Positions 27,440 through 40,007 of a stretch of 64,000 bases of DNA are shown one piece after another (position 1 is the first letter of the stretch; every line of letters begins with the position of its first letter). Made by a program: the position numbers and the translations under genes. Under the pieces are notes generated by a model, which was given only the letters and a program-made list of their open reading frames with translations, was not told the DNA's origin and ran no database searches. The DNA is from Veleropilina oligotropha (lineage: Eukaryota): assembly GCA_048128005.1 (NCBI GenBank), contig JBEUKZ010000014.1, positions 124,001 to 188,000 of the forward strand, in the 5' to 3' direction.

Positions 27440-27849
27440 TAGGTTTGTCCCATCACGTACGTGATTATTTGTGCAGTGGGACCTCGTCATCCGCTCTGGT
27501 CAGTGGGCTTCTTCGGGCTGGTGGGTTACGACATGACCATAGGGTGGTGTTCCGCAATACCACCTGGCGGTCATGGCGTGACTTTTCGGTATGGGGAGGG
27601 TCCGCTGGCCGGGGGGGGGGGGGGGGGGGGTCTTGCTGGGCAGATGTTCATGATGAGGCAAACCTGATTTATTTAAAAAATCAAACCTATGAATCTCATT
27701 ATATTTAGTATCATTTGATTAACTTAACTATTTTATGTTTGTATGCCTACAATTATTTTCTCACCAAGTTATGTTTTATTGTCTTTGTCCAAAGCTATAT
27801 CTGCTTGTATGTAGATTTTGTGCTTATTAAAATTGATTGATTGATTGAT
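27440..27849 (+). mobile_element. Possible 3' end of a non-LTR retrotransposon
   Basis: GC-rich coding-like patch followed by a T-rich UTR-like stretch that ends attaaa(attg)4. Confidence 0.4.
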
Positions 27850-29430
27850 ATATATTATTATTATCTCTAAATTAAGAAAGTTGATTTTAAATAAATTATT
27901 ACTGTGCAGCTATTATAAAATATTAGAAGTGTCTGCTAAATCGTAAAGGATTCGAAATGAAAATGATTCTGTATATTTGGAAAGTTATGGAAATAATCAG
28001 TGTTTACAAACAGGCTATAAACCAGTTACTGGCAGTTTATAGAACAGTATAGTAATTATAATAAATATGTTACAATGAACCTGAAATCTAGCAAAATGAC
28101 CGTACTAAAATTCAACAAGCCTCCTTACCTCAATACCTGTAAATACGATCACAGACCGAGAGCAGTTCATCCGTTCTCAATGTTCCATGGATTCCCTGAT
28201 GTTTGATGAATCCGCGTTGCTATCTCCCCGTTTGATTTAATAAATGATGCCGACGCTTTCGTCAGCGTCAGGAAGCAGATATGTGGCACGCTAGTGGTAA
28301 AAATTCATCTCATTACAATCCTAGTTTTGAAAATGAAATCTTCATGATGATTGATGCCAGGAAGACTACGGTCGGGACCACTCTGTGCGATTACAGAATT
28401 TACACTGTGTTCATCGTTCGCTTCGTCGTACAATACCGTCTCCGTGGAAAGTAATAAACATAAAATTTATATTCTGGCGCGACATTAGAACATATTGTTA
28501 CAACATTTCACGATATTATGTCGTAAATTTATATAAAAATGATGTAATAGCGAATTAAAAGTAGGCTTTCACGATATTTGCCATGCGTGTCAACGCTATC
28601 TTTGTAGTGTAAACAACCTCACTCGCGTCATTTCCGGTTGACTCAATGAAAACGTGGATTATACGTGGCAGAATGAAAAACGTTAAAATTTACTTTTATT
28701 GCATTTTTCCCATTTTTTTGCATCTAGATGGTGTATATCATTGATATATAAGCATTAAAGTCATGCAAATGACCTATGAGGTGTCATAAGCACTTTAATA
28801 TAAATATAAGGTTAACAATCCCATCTCAATTCTGATACAAAATCAGATCGTCATATTCATCAAATCATATCATTTAATATCAATTTGCATATTTGCATTT
28901 ATTCATTATCGTGAATTTATCTTTCTCATTTATTTGTTATTTCAATTTTTATTGTAAATTTATTCAATTAGATATCAATAATATAAATTATTTTAATCGT
29001 TATAGCTGCCCCCTAATAGGGAATTTTATAGGATAGCCGTTATAATATTTCACAATGCGGAATTGTATAGGATAAACTATGTCAATACGGAAGCAGCAGG
29101 TTAAGGAAAAGTTTTCAATAACGATATACACCCTTCATTCATTTAGCAATTGTCCGAACCTGGTAAAAGCAAACGGCAAAGACGAAAACCGAAAACCAAG
29201 TCTTTCCTATAGCAAACTCAAATGCATGTTCATGTCTTCTATGGGGAATCATGCTCAACATCAGCAGATTAAGTAAATTTGTCAAGAAGCTTAGATAACC
29301 GACTTGTAATCTTGACTAATTTAGATATCGTGTATCACTTAAGTACTGATATGACTGACCCATGGGAGCTATTACATCGATGAAGTGCTTTGGAGCCGAA
29401 GCAACACGGGACAATTTTGTTGTGCATATA

Positions 29431-29875
29431 CCAGGACCCGAAACTGCGTATATTTCCCGGAAAATGATAATTAAAAATTGCGCCTGTGGTTAATATATAT
29501 CCGTCGATTTAATTGAAAACTACCTGACCAAATATTGATATATACTTTCCCACGACTATTTGTGGGTCGTGTATATAACTTTCATTACAAAATTTCGTAA
29601 AATATGCTTTGTATAGGCATATTTAAGCATAACTACTATGGAAAATATGCCTATGCAAAATTCATAATTATTGTGACGCCATTATGAAGCCATGGCAAGG
29701 GTGACGTCATATAGTCAAATTGTCAGCTGTCAGAAAATCATGATTTGGAAGTAAATATTCGCATGAATATGATATATGTTAGATTGTATAATCACATTTA
29801 ATGCACACTAATATACAACAGACGACCCAAGCAGACAAAGGTCAAGACATAATCAGAACGCGACGTTCTTGTTTA
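29431..29875 (+). repeat. Dispersed repeat family C (also 35820..36140 on +, 58720..59060 on -, and an end fragment at 57224..57256 on -)
   Basis: Shared ttcccacgactattt...gtcgtgtatataacttt...gtgacgtcatatag...aagacataatc..aacgcg.cgttct. Confidence 0.85.
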
Positions 29876-30804
29876 TTATGTTCAAACCAAACTACTAGCA
29901 GTAACCTGCCATAGGTATGTTTGAGTAATCAGCATAACCAAGTGTGGTGGTATGTTTCTGCCATCCACATATTCACATAGCCACTTAACTATATGGTCTT
30001 AGTATCTAGATATTTATGTGGATATCGAGACAATATATCTATATATAGTTAGCAACATACATGATCTTTTTGCATAAGAGGATATGTCGATCGAAAATCT
30101 ATGCAGTGATGCAAACTGCCATCGACATATATATCCACATACTTATATAATAAAACGGACAGCCGGACAGAGCGTCATAGTCACGACCGGAGGTGTTGGT
30201 CATCTAAAATGGGCAATACTTTCAAATTGCGCGATTACACGCGGGTTAATGCATGTCTACGCATTACGTTAACTGAGATTTCAGCGTTTATTTTCTACGA
30301 TTTTACCGTTGTCTTTATGTACATATGTATATGGCACTTCGGAGCATGGCGTCGAATTTTGAAAGAAATATATATTAGCGCACAACAGTATATGTATCTC
30401 GCTAACTAGATATATTATCTATATATCGATACTAGTATTCATTCATCCGATGGTCAAATTCAGGTTTCTGGTTCCGTGGATCAGAATCATAGCCAGTAGA
30501 TCACACCTCTGATGTCACATATATATATATCGGCATAGATATGTGCGATGGTTATATATTGTGGACATGTATGTTGTATGATGAAAGGAAAGCCCCCAAG
30601 CCCTTTCAGGAAGGCAAACAAAAACATTTGATTTGTGACAGACTACCATAATTGATAAATCTTAAAAGGAAGGAAATTTATTGACAAACTTTTTATCGAA
30701 CCATGCTGCGAGATAATATTTTTGTAGACATGATATGAAAATTATTGAAATGATTACAAAATGACCCCTCTGAATTTCTTATCGTTGACTTTGATTATAT
30801 TATA

Positions 30805-30905
30805 TCTTTAAATATCCCAGTAACCCAGTATAGTTGAATCTTTAAATATTCAAGGAACCCAGTATAGTTGAATCTTTAAATATCTTAGTAACCCAGTATA
30901 ATTGA
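30805..30905 (+). repeat. 34-bp minisatellite, 3 copies
   Basis: tctttaaatat...aacccagtata.ttga at 30805, 30839 and 30873. Confidence 0.9.
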
Positions 30906-31877
30906 TATATAATGAAATTGGCCTGATATTACACACGTGCAAGCACATTAGGCTAATTGTTATTTAAAACATGATCCTTACATTACGATCATGGAGAACA
31001 TATGCAAGTAATTCATCATGAGAACTCAACCTACCATGACAGTATTTTACAAACATACACATGTCACTTGCGCGTTTGACGAACATTGCAATAGTGAATA
31101 TATATGCACCAGTGCTATCGGTAATGACATTTAACGCATATATACGACATACAATCATAGTCAATAGTTTAGAAAAATGTAATAATTAATGAATAGAGTA
31201 TTTATTGAAGAACCCAGATTACCATGTATTACAATAATCATCTTTTTTATAGCGTTCCAGGCGGTGAAAGACTAGCTGTTGAGCTATACGACTAAACTTA
31301 TAGGGATAAAAATAATAATTAAAATAATAAACAGCGTGTATACAATCACGCTCCTGTAAATATCTTTATATTGTCTGCGTATGTTAAAATGCTATTTTTT
31401 GTAAAATATAACTGTAATTTCCATGTATCGGTGTCCTATATGATGACGAGTGGTTTATTGAGCACTGCATTCAAACTCATTATTTGAATAAAACACAAGT
31501 CAATGATAATCTCGGTTGGTTGTTTATTTAGTAACTTAGTAAATCACCAGGTGAAAGGCATGGTGATTATCGTGAGCTCATTACCCGTTTGCTGGATAAC
31601 TTATAAAATGAGTCATAATTCAAATAATGTAATCAAAGAATTTCATTTCACTTCATTATTTACACTCCCTAAAATTATTTGCATCGTTTATGGCCAATGT
31701 TATGTCGTATATCGATAATGACGTGCGTATTATAATGTTCGTCAAACGCGCAAGCTATCGGTTCGTTATTTCCGTTGCGCGGTTCGCAAAACGCGCGTGA
31801 CATGCACACACATCTCTCATAATAATAGCCAATTAGTTATCAAATTTCGTAGGTTGTAGCTTATTCTTAATGGATAA

Positions 31878-32828
31878 CTTTCATAGTCCGCCACGCAAAA
31901 GAAGTATATGACAAGAAATTGCGCTCTAAATTAAGCAGTAATGACCTGCGAGGTAAGGCGTGGTGGGATCTATTCAAAAGGACAAATAATGTAAAAAAGC
32001 GGAATTCTATACCTGCGCTAAAAATTACACAAAATGAAAACGAATCATACATAATTAATGATAGGGTTAAGGCTGATGTTCTGAATAATAGTACTTATTT
32101 TGTGTCAAATTCAACTATCGATGAAGACAACGACGATTCTCCATCCGTGCAACACAAATTTCACTTTAAGGAACATAAACATTACAGAACAAGACGTAAA
32201 GGATAGTGTACTGACACTAAAGCTCAATAAAGCATCTGGGTCAGACAATATCTGTATGAATATGTTAAAGAAAATTATCCATTCTATATCAGCACTACTG
32301 CAAAAAATATTTCAAAAATGGTTAGGCAATGCCGAATTTCCACAATCATGAAAAAAAAATCACTTGTTATTCTTGTTGCTAAAAAATCTGGAACTAACGT
32401 TCCTAATGACTTTTACAGTTTACATGTATGTTTTCGCCAATATATTACATCCCTAACAGGCTGGTTTTCTTCCAAATTACTATACGGAAATCCAGTTATT
32501 GGAAATTTATAATACCATTATAAGCGAACTGGATAAAGGTAAATCTTTGACTTTTGTCTTCTGTGACGTCTCTAAAGCTTTCGATAAACGAGTGTGGTAT
32601 ATGGTCTGATTAAACTCGAGTCATTTGGCATTTCGGGACAACTGTTACGGTGGTTCAGGCATTACCTAACATATCGCTGTCAAAGAGTACTGTGTAATTG
32701 TCACCTGTCAACATGGCAAAACACATCAGCTGATGTACCACAGGGATCTATATTTGGACCTTTACTTTTCTTAGAATTTATCAATGATATTGTCAATAAC
32801 ATAGGCCCCGAAATGCGCCTATTCGCAC
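31878..32828 (+). pseudogene. Degenerate CR1/L2-group reverse transcriptase fragment
   Basis: KAWW..K, KASGSDNI, VFCDVSKAFD, WF..YL..R.QRV, VPQGSIFGPLLFL.FINDI...RLFA; cut off at the FADD motif. Confidence 0.9.
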
Positions 32829-32829
32829 A

Positions 32830-33600
32830 TGGTAGACGGGCTGCTGGGCCAGGTTGATACAAGAACCAGGGTCTCGGATCTCGACCTTCGAAAGACTGCG
32901 GCCACAGTCTCGTGAAGGTCGCCGCTCAGTCCGGTGGGTAGACGGTGGAAACTCCCGCGTGCGTGCCCATCCCGAACGCAGCCGGTCCGTCCCCGCCTTC
33001 TAGTCTGAACCCAAGGGGACAGGGGAATTGGACGGGCCCTCCGACAAGACTGTGAGCTCCGAGGTGTAAGGACGAACCCTGGAGAGGGTCGGACGCACCA
33101 TCGGCCAGTAAGTCGGGTTGCTCTGGTTGTCCGGATCTTAAACCACCTTGGTGGTGTCCGGCAACTGTTCCAGCTTTCTCTGCCGTCTGCTGTATGCCGC
33201 TTGACATAGAGCTTCTTGCAGAAGGACTAGCCGCCTCCTGCTTCTCCGAGGCCGGAGAAGAGAAAGGGGACCGCGTGCCCTGTTCGGCCGTTCGCTGTAA
33301 GGTCCGATGCACCTTGTTAGCCGACAAGGTACTACTGGACGCCGCTACTTGGCCCGAGGTTCGACGGACTGCACTCAGGCTCCTCTTACCTTATCCTGAA
33401 TCTGGGACGCCGTCCGGCGAGGTTCCGACGGCTTTTCCCAAAGCTGTGGGGGTTTGGGCGGCGGGTTCGCGATGCCCCATTTCGCGTGCCGCTTCGCGTC
33501 CCTGAAACAGACGAATCGGAAATAAACCCTGAATTACCCTTCGTCTGTTCCTTCGGGGGAAGCCGGGCCGAGTCGGACTCCCTGGTAGTCTTCACGGGTG
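32830..33600 (-). other. GC-rich coding-like segment, possibly a retroelement gag/ORF1 remnant
   Basis: Sharp GC rise with broken Ser/Arg/Pro/Gly-rich frames (33386..33595, 32926..33327); no recognised domain. Confidence 0.3.
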
Positions 33601-34317
33601 GGTAGATGAGTGCCCACTGCCTATCAGTTCATGCAAGACAACAATTACATGGGTATATTGCGCTACAGTTACGGTGTATGCGATATACCGTATGTTTGTC
33701 GAAGCTGTGTATCTTTCCTGGCTGATCACACGGGTGGGATAGGTAGTAGGAGACAGGGAATTTAAGGGATATCCGGGTAGTATGCTTCACGTGATATAAA
33801 CTAACACACCTTAAATATAAGGGTCTCTAATCCGAAGCATAAGGATAAGGCCGAACATCAACCTGCGACTTGTTATTAATTACACTCCGGTTGCTTCGGC
33901 AACCCTAGTTACGGAACAAGTATCCCCAACTATGATAGAACCCAGGAGGCTATATATAGAAAACACCCGCCCTAAAAAAACACATGAAAACCTCGTGGAT
34001 GTTGATTTCAATAGGTTAGAACTGTGGCGAAATATCCCAGATTCGCCTGATTGACCTAATAACTAGAGTTGGGTACCGCGAGAAATCGAGTACCGCGGTA
34101 TACCGTGGTTTTTACCACTATGCCGTGGTTTGTACCACGGTTTACACAACGGCTCTTTTGTTTTGAAGAGGTTGGTATTCAGCGTGAACACCTTGTTTTC
34201 AATGACGATTCAAAAGTAGGGTGGTATAGCCATACCGCCATACTTTTCACTCTATACCGACCTGCGTCCGTGCACAAGAGAAATTGACAATAAAGGAGCT
34301 AATTGGCCGTTGTGTAA

Positions 34318-35736
34318 AGGCCCTTTCACACCTGGTGCGATTTTCGCTACGAAAATCGCAACGATTATCGTTACGATTTTCGTTATGACAGAAACAACAC
34401 ATTACCACGGAGCCTTTCAGACACGATCCGATTGTCGCAACGATATTTACAAAATCGCAGCGAAAATCGTCGAGATAGGATCTGATCCTATCGCAACGAT
34501 TTTCGTTGCGATTTCGCATGTCAAATATAGTAAAAACAGGGTATTCCTTGTCACATGACCAGTAATTCCCAACATATCCATACATGGAATTGACAAAATG
34601 GCATCATACATCAGGGATTTCCAAGTAGGCCTATAATAATGTAGGCCTACTATAGTAGTATATGAATTACGATAAATTCTCCAAATATCAAAATAAATAC
34701 TTTCAATTATTAAATACTAAATTAGTAGTGTCCTTTATTGCTAACTGGTTGAACATTATGAGGCATTTAAAGTAATAATAATTGTAAAGTTCAACTTTAC
34801 AAATTGAACTGTTCAATACAAACAAACATAGTGGTTTGGCCTATACATCGTATATACTGAAAACGAGGCTTGTGGCTGTAACACATATCTACACGCAGAG
34901 GGAACACGATTAGATGTGCATATTGACGATAAAGGGAAAAGTTATATTTTCGCGGAATAAAGACGAAATTTACAATGTGACATGTTAAAGAAGGCGTACA
35001 ATATGATTCGGTAGCTTTTTGTAAGTTTGAGGAATAGTTATAATCTTATGGTAATGTTATCTCATAACGCTGGATCGCTAGACCTTTTCATTAAATTTTT
35101 CTTGGGCAATTGTTTAACTGACCGTTTTTAAAACGCGCAGCCTTTGACTTCTGGATCCGTGAACTGCCAATAATGTGAGATACGTGTTTATAGCTACTCA
35201 ACGTTAACATTTTTGAGTCTTGTGTGCATATAGTGAATAATCTTTGACATTCACATAGAAATTGGTTTTACCAAGTGACTTAATTTTTTCCAGGCATTCA
35301 TAACTTGATATACAACACGATGATTGCCATCAGTAATGGAATACAAAGAAAAAATAGAATTTGTTTGCTGTTATTAATAAATTTTCATTTTCATCGGTTA
35401 AACGGTCTATGTTCGTTCAAAGCAGATATTTTGACGCTTCGGAAATCAAATGTTGTTCGTAAAAACACGTACTGTCTGGAATTTGGTAGGAAAACCCCTC
35501 GTATGACGATAATATGACATCATAATTAAAATGGAATCCCAAGCGCGTATTTAAATTTTGGTCGTCAAAAAGGAATCTCGAGCGTCTTTTTAAAACGCGT
35601 TAAATTGACGCTTGGCGCACGCGACTCGCACGCGTCTGGTGTGAAAGGGTATATGTTAAAACCATTGTTTCGTTATTTGACGCCTGGACGCCCCAAATAC
35701 GCACGCGTGACGCACGCGTCTGATGTGAAAGGCCCT
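34318..35736. mobile_element. PIF/Harbinger-like non-autonomous element (or two half elements)
   Basis: taa|aggccctttcacac at the left and atgtgaaaggccct|tta at the right. The subterminal repeats differ (gcgat-rich versus gacgcg-rich). Confidence 0.55.
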
Positions 35737-36484
35737 TTACATGAAGAGCTTGACCGGAAAATGAAAAATTGTGTCTGTGGTTAAAGAAGTGGAAAACATA
35801 AATATCATAATGTTGATTGTTTGCCAAAATTGGTATATACATTCCCACGACTATTTGCAGGTCGTGTATATAACTTTCGTTACAAAATTTCATAAATATG
35901 CTTTTTATAGGATTTTAAGCATAATTACTATGAAAACTAGTGTCACGCAATTATTAAGTCATGATTAGTGTGACGTCATATAGTTAAATTGTCAGCTGCC
36001 AAAAAATATTGATTTGGAAGTAAATATATCGCATGAATATGTTAGATTGTATAATCATATAATTATTTAATGTAAACTAATATACAACAGTCGGTCCAAG
36101 CAGACAAAGGTTAAGACATAATCCAAACGCGTCGTTCTTGTTTATGTTCAAACCATATTACTAGCAGTAACCTGGGGTGGATTTTTTTTACGATTGTTGA
36201 CAAACTCATTTTTGTGTCAAATCGTTGCCATAGGTGTGCTTGCATTATCAGCATACTCAAGACATTCGCTAACGCTAACGCAAAATGTTTACGAATGTGC
36301 TTTAGAAAAAACTGTTTAACTCCATGCGGATCGATGTAACAATTTTAATAAAATTCTGACACACTCGCGGTCCACAACAATCTAAAAGTCTGCATTTTGT
36401 ATGCATCCATTTGTAACATTGCAAGGTTCCATATCGCTCAAGATTCATATAACACTTTCTTTAATTATAAATGGACTTGTACTT

Positions 36485-36607
36485 ATTGCGTTTTAACGCA
36501 ATTTTTAGTGCGTTATAACGCAATGTTTTTGCGTTATAACACAATGTTTTGCGGTATAACGAAATGCTTTTGCGCTATAGCGCAATACTATTGTGTTATA
36601 ACGCAAT
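36485..36607. repeat. Minisatellite of ~21-bp palindromic units
   Basis: Six variants of ttgcgttataacgcaa separated by short T-rich linkers. Confidence 0.9.
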
Positions 36608-38652
36608 AAAATATAAATATAGGTGAAAGATTCAATTTTTTGCCGATCAAATTTTCGCTCGCAATAAGCTTCGTATTAAGACGTATGTCATTTCAGGACA
36701 GTTTCGCCTCGATCGCTTTGACAGTTTATGAGTAAAGATTTATTAAAACTATGTTAAGATTTGAATAAATTCAAGATCGCGAATGCACAGGCGCGAGTCC
36801 TACAAGTCAAAATCTTACGAGGCACAGATTCTCTTATATGTACTCGGACTACTACGCTTGGTAAAAGCCGTTTTAAAGTTACAGAACGATGCGTGTTCTG
36901 GACAACACGTGTTGGTAATTGATCTATAGTCAAGTAACATAGTATAGGATAAAGACCACCTACTGTGTGATTGTATGGCGATGTTGATTAACCTCCCTTC
37001 AAGTCATGTGATATAGAACAGAGCGTGCGATTAAATCTACTCAGTATTAAATGATCTTTAACGTCTTCACGTTAACCGGTAATTCGATACATGTCCAAAT
37101 TTTCAGACTTTCATAGAAACAGACCGAGCCACTCTATTAGCGTTAGTACATTGTATTGGTTATTGGTGTCATAAATATGATATCTCATCATCATCGCATC
37201 CCACGGGTTCATACGTCGAGGGTACGAAGCCTACGAATATATTATCCAATATCTCTCAAACTCCGACTCTAACAACGTCGGACTGGGACTCGAACCGACT
37301 CTCCTCAACTTTTACTCAGAATTTAGAAACAATGTTTTATTCAAGATATATTTGTCTAGACGGTAAACGAGTATCTATATGCATTAACTGCACTGATTGA
37401 CACTACGTGTCTTACGGGTTAAATCTTAATGAACTCGCAAACTTCAACACAATTGCATTTAAACAATTACGCTCGCAAAACTATCAATATATGATTATTG
37501 ATTATCGAAATCATTTGCCTATAATTGCATATAAAAATATCGGAAGTTTTTTTAGTAGAATTGGCATAAGATTAAAATATCGATAATGTCAACGGTATTA
37601 TTTGATATGAATTAATGGTTAATTCTCCCCGTAAAACTCAACACCCTTCAGAGTCGTATCAGTAAATGTTCATTAACCCTATTATCGCTAGAGACCCACC
37701 CAGTCAGCCAGATAAATTCTTCAAACTACTCAGCCACCAGTGCGGCATCCAATCGATATTATTGTATCATCATCATCATAATGATCAATACGTGTACGAT
37801 ATTGCAAATGCCTTAGGTAAACAGTACCCTGGAGAATTTACCAATGATATTTTACGGCGAAGAGCATGCGAGGACCACTGTGACTGTTATCGGCATATTA
37901 AAAGTTATAGCCATAGTCATTATATTACTTTTAAACGTTACACCACATCTCTGTGAGTTTCGAACAACTTTCAAAGATTAAATACTTTGACACTGTGTGC
38001 AGTGAAAACTACATTTAACAACCCATGAACTGGATATATCCATACAATAGCATGAGATAAAGCCAACTCCCATGAAAAATCGACCATAAGTGGACCATAA
38101 TTATGCAGGCTGACAGTTAACTAAAACAAAAATAACCGCATTACATTTTTTGTATATAACACAAACAGTTAGGAATTTTCCTCACTCAACTTTCGTCAGT
38201 AATTTAGCAGACTGCATTTCTTTAAGAGCATTCATCTCTTCTAATGGCATCCAGTGTTAATAAGTACTTCATCATAATATTACAACTTGTATTCCATACA
38301 TGGAGCCTTCTCATCATGACTGGATGGTTCATGGTTGACTAGGATTTTCATGGCTGTTAACTGTGGAAATGCTTCACCGATTTGTTTGCCTTCATCTGGT
38401 CTCCTGGAATATCCTGATATTCGTGATAGCGAGTCCGCGATAATATGTACATTACCTCAAATATTGGTAGCCTTCGAGCATAATAGCTCATATTGGTAGT
38501 TTCCTGTTTTGTTTTGGATTTCTCAAACATACGCAGAGGCTGATGATCGTGAACTGTTATGAAGCCAGATAAATATGAAAATATTTTATACTTTCGATAT
38601 ACTGTTCTCCATACTGCATACTCTTTCCACCTTCTCCTACCTGTCCTGGCCA

Positions 38653-38718
38653 CTTCGGCAGCGCAGTGGGTAAGAGTGTCCACTCTAAATTCACTGGCTT
38701 GATTCCGCTAATGCGAAC
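38653..38718 (+). mobile_element. SINE family B, 5' head only
   Basis: Identical to 26675-26740, then breaks off. Confidence 0.9.
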
Positions 38719-38719
38719 T

Positions 38720-39588
38720 ATAATGTCACGGAGTTTCAGCACAATTGTCTTCACCAGGTCTTCTTTGTTTGCATGAAAAGCAGCTTCGAGGTCAGCTAAA
38801 AGTTTGTGCAATGTAGGCGGCATTGTAATGTTCTTTTCTTGGCACCACACCAGAAAACGTATGTAGAATCTGAAATTGAGTGCCTCATCAAGAAGTTTGA
38901 ATGCACGTATGGCACGGTCAAATTCTTTTCCGGCTAGAATTTGTCGAACAGTGCCAGCTGAAAACACTCCAGATTCATGAAGCAGTTGACCCAAGCCAGC
39001 ATCGCCATATATATGACCGATAGCAGCGAATACTGCCATCATCAAATGCATGCCTCCTTCGCAAAGAACAACAGATGACAATTCCTCGGGTCGAGTCCAT
39101 TGAACTTCAAGAGCTTTCGAAAGAATTCCGAGGTCAAATGTCACCGGAATAAACTTTTGATTCAGTTTAGCCGCAAGATCATTCATTCGTAGAAGTGTCG
39201 TGTATATCGTTGATTTGTCAGTGGGTGTTGCCATGAGAATAGGATTATATGCAACTTTGGATGTCGGTTGTTTGGATGCAGGGCCCAATATTGCATGGTA
39301 TGCACTCCAGGTTGGCACTTTTGATGATTCTAGTCCAGTATCTTTGTGGAACATGCCACCACGAACTAAGTTGTATATTATTTCTTCGGATTCACATTGT
39401 TTGACATTATCATTGTTTATCAATGGACGAATGTCTTCAACATTGGGTAGTGTTGGAAATAATGGCTCTGGATGACTTGTTGGATTTTTGAACGAAATAA
39501 CATTTGTGAGACCTGCAGAATCGCATATCTGAGTTGATAGAGAGCGTTCCGGTACCCTTTTAATACGTCCTAATTCGTTACCAAAATT
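38720..39588 (-). pseudogene. Academ-like DNA transposase fragment
   Basis: Open frame with PTWSAYH, YNPIL..PT...IYT.L, PVTFD....KA...W..P, V...GGMH..M....AIG......GL...L, IL.GK..RA.R...L..EAL. I recognise these motifs from animal Academ-type transposases; the family assignment is from memory, not from a search. Confidence 0.7.
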
Positions 39589-40007
39589 TTATTCCTAACA
39601 GATATGCTACAAAAATTTTCATTTGACGAATGATACACCATCTTGTAGTGAAAAATGATTAAATAATGCATACATTTATTTAATGGAAAATCAATTTTCT
39701 TTTTAATGATGTATAGTTTGTTAAGATCGGTAAGCCGTGAGTTAAATCGCAGCCGGTCGAGTCGACACACATTCATGTTGTTAAAGGTAAAAATCCCGAA
39801 AACGCAATCGAGGGTGCCTATATTAATATGTATAATAAATGATGTTCCCCCTATTTGCCAGCGTGTCATCAGGCGTTTTCGTGTGTGGCAATAGTCTGTC
39901 TACAATAAAAACGCCTCAAACCTATGTGGTACAGAGAGCATGGGTCATTTCAATTTTAAGCCACTTTTAAGGATATCTCTGCAGCACTATTAGCTGTAAT
40001 TTAAATT

